Assembly: GCA_033839185.1 (NCBI GenBank)
Contig: JAJLKJ010000026.1
Location: 1-44,973 of the forward strand
Direction: 5' to 3'
Origin: Gammaproteobacteria bacterium
GTDB lineage: Bacteria > Pseudomonadota > Gammaproteobacteria > SpSt-1174
Length of the DNA: 44,973 bases
Within the stretch, counting starts at the first letter, position 1; every line of letters starts with the position of its first letter. A model generated the notes under the pieces. That model was not told where the DNA came from and made no database searches. It was given only the letters and a program-made list of their open reading frames with translations. Made by a program: the position numbers and the translations under genes. Positions 43,546 to 44,973 of this stretch are shown here, in pieces.

Positions 43546-44973
43546 TCAGCGGAAGCTTTCCAGCAGTTTCTTCCACTCCTTGCTCTCACCATTGCTCACA
43601 CCGCCGAGCAGCTCGACGGCCTGGCGCAGGCGGAAGCGCGACAGATCGGCGCCGAGGATTTCCATGGCATCCAGCACCGAGACCGAGCTGGCCTTGCCGG
43701 TGATGGCCGGGAAGATCAGCGGCATCAGGTCGCGCAGCTTGAGGCCGAGGCCCTCGCAGACGAACTGGATGCAGCCGGTGATCTTCTCCTTGTCCCACTG
43801 GCGCAGCGCCTCCAGCTCCCAGAGCACCAGCTGCAGGGCCTGGCGCACCTGGTCCGGGGTCAGCTTCTTGTGCTCCAGCAGCTTGGCATCCAGCTGCACG
43901 CCGCCGCTGAAGAAGAAGCTGGACAGCGGCGCGATGTCGCTGAAGGTCTCGACGCGCTGCTGCACGTGCGGGGCGATCTGCATCAGGTACTGCGGATTGA
44001 ACGCCCACTGCTGCACGCGCCGGGCGAACTCCTCCACCGGCAGCTCGCGCAGCCACTGGCCATTGAGCCAGGACAGCTTCTCGATGTCGAAGATCGGCCC
44101 GCCGAGGGAGACGCGCGACAGGTCGAAGTGCTCGATCATCTCGGCCAGACTGAACTTCTCGCGCTCGTCCGGCATCGACCAGCCCATGCGCCCCAGGTAG
44201 TTGAGCAGCGCCTCGGGCATGAAACCCATGCGCTCGTAGAAGGTGATGCAGGTGGGGTTCTTGCGCTTGGACAGCTTGGACTTGTCCGGATTGCGCAGCA
44301 GCGGCATGTAGCAGAGCTTGGGTTGCTCCCAGCCGAAGTACTCGTATAGCTTGATCAGCTTGGGCGCCGACGGCAGCCACTCCTCGCCGCGCAGGACGTG
44401 GGTGATCTCCATCAGTGCGTCGTCCACCGGGTTCACCAGCGTGTACAGCGGGTGGCCGTTGCCCCGCACGAGCACGTAGTCCGGGACGTGCTCGGACTGG
44501 AAGGTGATCTCCCCGCGGACCAGGTCGTCGAAGGTGATCGCGTGGTCGGGCATCCGGAACCGGACGACCGGTCGTCGGCCGTCCTGCAGGTACGCCGTCG
44601 CCTGCTCCTCGGAGAGGTCGCGGCAGTGGCCGTCGTACCCCGGGGTGCGGCCCTCGGCGCGCGCCTGCGCGTTGCGCTCGTCGAGCTCCTCCTGCGAGCA
44701 GTAGCAGTGGTAGGCACGACCCGCCTCGAGCAGCCGGCGGGCAACGTCGGCGTAGATGTCGAACCGCTCGGACTGGCGGTAGGGGCCGTGCGGGCCGCCG
44801 ACCTCGGGGCCCTCGTCCCAGGAGAAGCCCAGCCAACGCATCACCTCGAGCAGCGTCTCGTAGGACTCCTGCGAGTCGCGCGCGGCGTCGGTGTCCTCGA
44901 TGCGGAACACGAAGGTGCCGCCGTGGTGGCGGGCGAACGCCCAGTTGAACAGGGCGGTGCGGGCCAGACCCAC
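43546..44973 (-). CDS. gltX: Glutamate--tRNA ligase, 5'-truncated by the window edge and apparently chimeric
   Basis: Starts inside the HIGH motif (VGLART); [19 protein letters not shown]. Confidence 0.95.
   Translation of the reverse strand: MGLARTALFNWAFARHHGGTFVFRIEDTDAARDSQESYETLLEVMRWLGFSWDEGPEVGGPHGPYRQSERFDIYADVARRLLEAGRAYHCYCSQEELDERNAQARAEGRTPGYDGHCRDLSEEQATAYLQDGRRPVVRFRMPDHAITFDDLVRGEITFQSEHVPDYVLVRGNGHPLYTLVNPVDDALMEITHVLRGEEWLPSAPKLIKLYEYFGWEQPKLCYMPLLRNPDKSKLSKRKNPTCITFYERMGFMPEALLNYLGRMGWSMPDEREKFSLAEMIEHFDLSRVSLGGPIFDIEKLSWLNGQWLRELPVEEFARRVQQWAFNPQYLMQIAPHVQQRVETFSDIAPLSSFFFSGGVQLDAKLLEHKKLTPDQVRQALQLVLWELEALRQWDKEKITGCIQFVCEGLGLKLRDLMPLIFPAITGKASSVSVLDAMEILGADLSRFRLRQAVELLGGVSNGESKEWKKLLESFR

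Overview
GC-rich bacterial window made almost entirely of core housekeeping genes. I found no CRISPR array, integrase, transposase, prophage or defence system. Left block (1 to ~32200; a non-Pseudomonas gammaproteobacterium, Chromatiales/Thiohalobacter-like by gene order, which is inference): tRNA-Asp/Val, hupB-lon-clpX-clpP-tig, five tRNAs, cysS, a GluRS paralog, a cyclophilin, a metZ operon preceded by a SAM-II riboswitch with an intrinsic terminator, an L,D-transpeptidase, and purF-cvpA-dedD-folC-accD-trpABF-truA-ecfT-fimV-asd-leuB-leuD-entericidin-leuC. Middle block (~32240 to ~44390; clearly Pseudomonas-like): 5' leuC, LysR, PAS-GGDEF-EAL, ibpA with a sigma32 promoter and ROSE-like thermometer, SDR, dusC, thioesterase, eda, hydrolase, TetR with a palindromic operator, 2x(tRNA-Ala, tRNA-Glu) and 3' gltX. 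Right end (~44400 to 44973): an actinobacterial-type 5' half of gltX. The strongest signal is that the window looks like a three-lineage mosaic joined in frame inside conserved motifs of leuC and gltX, most likely a chimeric (meta)genome assembly. The most interesting biology is the terminator-type SAM-II switch over a coupled metZ/glycerate kinase/di-iron protein/lipoprotein operon, and a probable tRNA-Gln-charging GluRS2 in the usual glnS position. I could not support a wholly new multi-gene system. All family assignments come from reading motifs, not from database searches.
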